NCBI GenBank assembly: GCA_964012435.1 | Contig: CAXGSM010000008.1 | Location: 1-58,932, forward strand | Source of the DNA: an uncultured bacterium | GTDB taxonomy: Bacteria > UBP7 > UBA6624 | DNA length: 58,932 bases | Reading direction: 5' to 3' | In this document: piece after piece, positions 55,837 through 58,932 of the stretch | How the letters are laid out: each line of letters opens with the position of its first letter | How positions within the stretch are numbered: the first letter of the stretch is position 1 | The notes under the pieces: generated by a model | What the model saw: only the letters and a program-made list of their open reading frames with translations | Database searches by the model: none | Told to the model about the DNA's origin: nothing | Made by a program: the position numbers and the translations under genes

Positions 55837-57318
55837 ATGACTTTTTTATTTCCAAATAAAGAAAATTTAGAACCACTTTTGAGAGAAGTTGTTGATGCAT
55901 CTAAAAAGCTTGGTGTCGATTATTCAGATTTAAGGTATGGTTTTTATAAATCTGAAACGATAAATGTTAGAGATGCTCTTGTCGAGGCAATTGATTACCA
56001 CGAGAGTTTTGGAGTTGGCATAAGGGTTTTGGTTAATGGCGGATGGGGGTTTTCTAGTACTGCTATTCTCGATAAAGAAAACCTTTTAGAAACACTCAAA
56101 ATGGCTATAGACATTGCAAAAGCTTCATCTAGCTTAAGGGTCGAGGATGTTTATTGGGAGTCACAAGTTCCCCAAGTAGGTACTTGGTCTTCTAGCGTTA
56201 AAGAAGATCCATTTGAAGTTTCCAGACAGGAAAAAATGGAATTACTACTTGACTCAACAAGCAAAGTTTTGCAGCAAAATGGTTGCTTCAGGGCAACTGC
56301 ATCTATTTTTTCTGGAGAGGAGCTGAAATGGTTTTTATCTTCAGAAGGTTCAGATATCACTCAAAGAGTAATAAGAACATCCCCTGATTTAATGGCATGG
56401 GGCAAAGCATCTAATGGAAATGTTAGAACGCGAAATCATCAAACCCCCCCTTTGACATGTGGTTTTGAAAACATTAGATCTGCTGACCTAATTGGAAATG
56501 CTGCTCGCGTCGGTTCAGAAGCTGTAGAAAAAGCAGAAGCACCGTTTGGACCGCAGGGCAAGTTTGATTTAATTCTTGATCCTGCTAATTTGGCTTTAAC
56601 AATTCATGAAACAATAGGGCATGCAACTGAGTTAGATAGGGTGTGTGGTTGGGAAGCTGATTTTGCGGGCACTTCTTTTTTAAAGGTTTCAGATCTAGAT
56701 ACTTTGAAATATGGATCGAAATGGGTTAATGTACAGGGTGATAGAACTTTGCCAAACGGCCAGGCAACACTTGGTTGGGATGATGATGGTGTTGAAACAA
56801 GTGAATTTCCAATTATAGAAGAAGGTATTTTTAGGGGTTTTGCTAGCACTAGAGATTCTTGTCATCTTGAAAAGAAAAAAGGGTTAGGAAAGGCTTGTTC
56901 TCATGCAGATTCATGGTCAAATATTCCTATTTTGAGAATCCCAAATGTTTCATTAAAGCCTTCATCAGGAGAAAACGCTCTTTCTAAAAATGACCTGATT
57001 AAAGATGTTAAAAAAGGAATACTTGTACAGGGAAGAGGTTCTTGGAGCATTGATCAACAAAGATATAATTTCCAATTTGGTGGAGATGCATTTTGGGAAA
57101 TCAGAAATGGAGAAGTTTGTGGAATGTTTTCTGATGTAACCTACAGAGGAATCACTACAGATTTTTGGAATTCTTGTGATGGTGTTTCTTCTGAAAAGTA
57201 TTGGGAACCTCAAGGTGTAAGGAATTGCGGAAAAGGACAGCCAAGCCAACAAGGTCAGCAAACACACGGAGCTTCTTGGAGCTTGTTTAGAGATGTTGAT
57301 GTGGGAGATGCAAATTGA
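55837..57318 (+). CDS. tldD: TldD metalloprotease
   Basis: GIRVLVNGGWGFSS, IHETIGHATELDR, WDDDG, WSIDQQRYNFQF, NCGKGQP. Confidence 0.93.
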   Translation: MTFLFPNKENLEPLLREVVDASKKLGVDYSDLRYGFYKSETINVRDALVEAIDYHESFGVGIRVLVNGGWGFSSTAILDKENLLETLKMAIDIAKASSSLRVEDVYWESQVPQVGTWSSSVKEDPFEVSRQEKMELLLDSTSKVLQQNGCFRATASIFSGEELKWFLSSEGSDITQRVIRTSPDLMAWGKASNGNVRTRNHQTPPLTCGFENIRSADLIGNAARVGSEAVEKAEAPFGPQGKFDLILDPANLALTIHETIGHATELDRVCGWEADFAGTSFLKVSDLDTLKYGSKWVNVQGDRTLPNGQATLGWDDDGVETSEFPIIEEGIFRGFASTRDSCHLEKKKGLGKACSHADSWSNIPILRIPNVSLKPSSGENALSKNDLIKDVKKGILVQGRGSWSIDQQRYNFQFGGDAFWEIRNGEVCGMFSDVTYRGITTDFWNSCDGVSSEKYWEPQGVRNCGKGQPSQQGQQTHGASWSLFRDVDVGDAN

Positions 57319-58640
57319 AACAGCCGATTGATGACAGGGCTTTTTTGGCAAGGTATTTGAAACCTATTAAATCAGAACATATTTCTTTTAATGTCAATGC
57401 TTCATTTTTCAACCTTACCAGGGTAGCAAACAATAGTGTGACTCAAAACCTTTCCAGGAATCAAAAAACTTTAACTGTTAGTTCTTGGATTGGTAAAAAA
57501 ACTGGCTATTCCACAACAACAGATTTTTCTGAGAGTGGTATAAAAAAATGTATTGATAATGCTGAATTTATAGCAAGTGTTAGTCCTGAAAACAAGGAGA
57601 CTATGCCTCCTCTTGAAAATAAGGATAATCTGATTCATGACAATTTTGACTCACAAACTGCATATATGAATCCAAAAGAAAGAGTTTCAATGATATCACC
57701 TGCTTCTTTCAAGGCAGAAGATAAAGGAATGAATCTAGCAGGAACAGTTTCTTCTGGATGGAACTCTCAGACAATCATGAATTCAAAAGGTTTAGATGTT
57801 TTTTACAAAGAGAGCAAGGGTGGATTTAGCGGAACGTTAACTAACCCAGAAGGAGGAACTTTTAGGGTGGCTTCAGAATCTTGTTGGAATCTTCCTAGCT
57901 TGAATCCAGAAAAAGCTTTTGATTCTCTTTTTTCAAGCATATGTATCGGTGATGCGGTTGAGAAGAATCCTGATAAATTTAGAGTTTTGTTACTTCCAGA
58001 GGCTGTGGGATCTTTGCTTGTATGGCTTTTGGCTCAGAATGATTTAAGGTCTGTTGATGAGGGAAGAAGTGCGTTTTCGGAAAATGGATTTAAAAAACAT
58101 ACAGACGGGAGACTTTGTCCTGCAGGTATAAATATTTTATTGGATCCTAATCACCCTGACTTAAGAACAGCGCCTTTTGATTACGAAGGGCACCCACTTA
58201 GAAAAAGATTTTTGATTAAGGATGGTTTTATAGGTCAGTTAAATTGTTCTCGTTATTGGGCGAAAAAAAATCAAAAAGAAAGTACAGGTTCTTGCTGGAG
58301 TATGCTTTTTGAAAGCAGTAAAAAATCATTGAATTTGAATGATTTAATTCATACTGTTGATGAGGGTCTTTTTGTTCCTAGATTTTGGTATAACAGATAT
58401 GTAGACCCAATGCAAATGATGATTACTGGACTTACACGAGATGGATTAAGAGTCATCAGCAAGGGATCACTTGGACCCAGGGCTAAAAATTTCAGATTTA
58501 ATGATTCTCCATTAAGAGTGTTGAATAATGTCATTGCTGTAGGTAAGCCTGAACTTGTTTCTCAGTGGGGCATGAGGATGCTTGTTCCTCCAATGGTTAT
58601 AGATGGTTTCAGCATGACTAGCATTGCTCCTGGTGAGTGA
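57315..58640 (+). CDS. pmbA: TldE/PmbA partner subunit
   Basis: TRVANNSVTQN, VLLLPEAV, PFDYEG, RFWYNR, TGLTRDG, NFRFNDSP; coupled to tldD. Confidence 0.88.
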   Translation: MKQPIDDRAFLARYLKPIKSEHISFNVNASFFNLTRVANNSVTQNLSRNQKTLTVSSWIGKKTGYSTTTDFSESGIKKCIDNAEFIASVSPENKETMPPLENKDNLIHDNFDSQTAYMNPKERVSMISPASFKAEDKGMNLAGTVSSGWNSQTIMNSKGLDVFYKESKGGFSGTLTNPEGGTFRVASESCWNLPSLNPEKAFDSLFSSICIGDAVEKNPDKFRVLLLPEAVGSLLVWLLAQNDLRSVDEGRSAFSENGFKKHTDGRLCPAGINILLDPNHPDLRTAPFDYEGHPLRKRFLIKDGFIGQLNCSRYWAKKNQKESTGSCWSMLFESSKKSLNLNDLIHTVDEGLFVPRFWYNRYVDPMQMMITGLTRDGLRVISKGSLGPRAKNFRFNDSPLRVLNNVIAVGKPELVSQWGMRMLVPPMVIDGFSMTSIAPGE

Positions 58641-58682
58641 TTGTTCAATGTATACTTAAGGCATAATTTCTTAGGAGGTTTT

Positions 58683-58932
58683 ATGGAGAACGGAAAGATA
58701 GTTTTACCAATATGGATGTTTGTCTTGGTTATTGCAGCATTCTTTTTTGCAGGGTTTAATTATGGCAAGGTAAATGCGCTTAATTCAGTAATTACAGAAA
58801 TGACACAAAATCGTCAGGTTTTTCCTGGGTTTGGTTCAGAGAGAGGTCAAGGTCGACAAATGCCACCACAGGGCGGACCACCACAGGGCGGACCACCACA
58901 GGGCGGACCACCACAGGGCGGACCACCACAGG
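58683..58932 (+). CDS. partial membrane-anchored protein with PPQGG repeats (runs off window)
   Basis: Not in ORF track. TATACT and TAGGAGG upstream; MENGKIVLPIWMFVLVIAAFFFAGFNYGKV...GQGRQMPPQGGPPQGG... Confidence 0.8.
   Translation, partial: MENGKIVLPIWMFVLVIAAFFFAGFNYGKVNALNSVITEMTQNRQVFPGFGSERGQGRQMPPQGGPPQGGPPQGGPPQGGPPQ
58863..58932. repeat. 15-bp perfect tandem repeat, 4 full copies plus a partial one, truncated by window edge
   Basis: ccaccacagggcgga at 58863, 58878, 58893 and 58908, partial at 58923. Confidence 0.97.

Noticed and set aside
502..58534. Numerous short antisense or nested ORFs in the track (e.g. 502-699, 3054-3356, 35770-36141, 52127-52747, 56965-57351)
   Set aside because: Shadows of well-supported genes on the other strand or frame, with no motifs.
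58863..58932. 15-bp repeats as CRISPR or iterons
   Set aside because: Head-to-tail without spacers and in frame in a CDS.

Overview
A gene-dense, AT-rich bacterial chromosome fragment (standard code; TGA is used as a stop). Both ends stop inside perfect coding tandem repeats, so they are probably assembly breaks. Left part: rpsF with an S6:S18-type leader, a TrmH methylase, a GrpE/Hsp70 pair, then a Terrabacteria-style string gmk-rpoZ-coaBC-PPIase-priA-def-fmt-PASTA kinase-rpe-metK-iscS-like-tusA, converging on a Moco operon (moaA/D/E/C). Middle: aminotransferase, xerD, envelope beta-proteins, miaA, nfo, pabB/C, hflKC, and a split futalosine menaquinone pathway (mqnA, C, E, UbiD/UbiX/UbiA-like) interleaved with PNGase F-like, DUF5916 and BCP genes. 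Right part: MFS transporter, TIM-barrel enzyme, FTCD, citrate synthase, LhgO, sulfatase, tRNA-Asn, PhoX, HExxH peptidase, TldDE. No transposase, prophage or CRISPR array is visible. Most notable: (1) an intact hdrC-hdrB-like pair in which every canonical Fe-S cysteine ligand position is substituted while motif spacing is kept; (2) other full-length apparent pseudoenzymes (PASTA pseudokinase, PriA without helicase motifs, IscS-like protein without the PLP lysine next to tusA); (3) a roughly 85-nt three-hairpin candidate ncRNA at 15042-15127; (4) widespread leaderless-type gene starts and several genes that seem to need non-canonical start codons. All family assignments are by eye from motifs, without database searches. 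Taxonomy cannot be fixed from this window.
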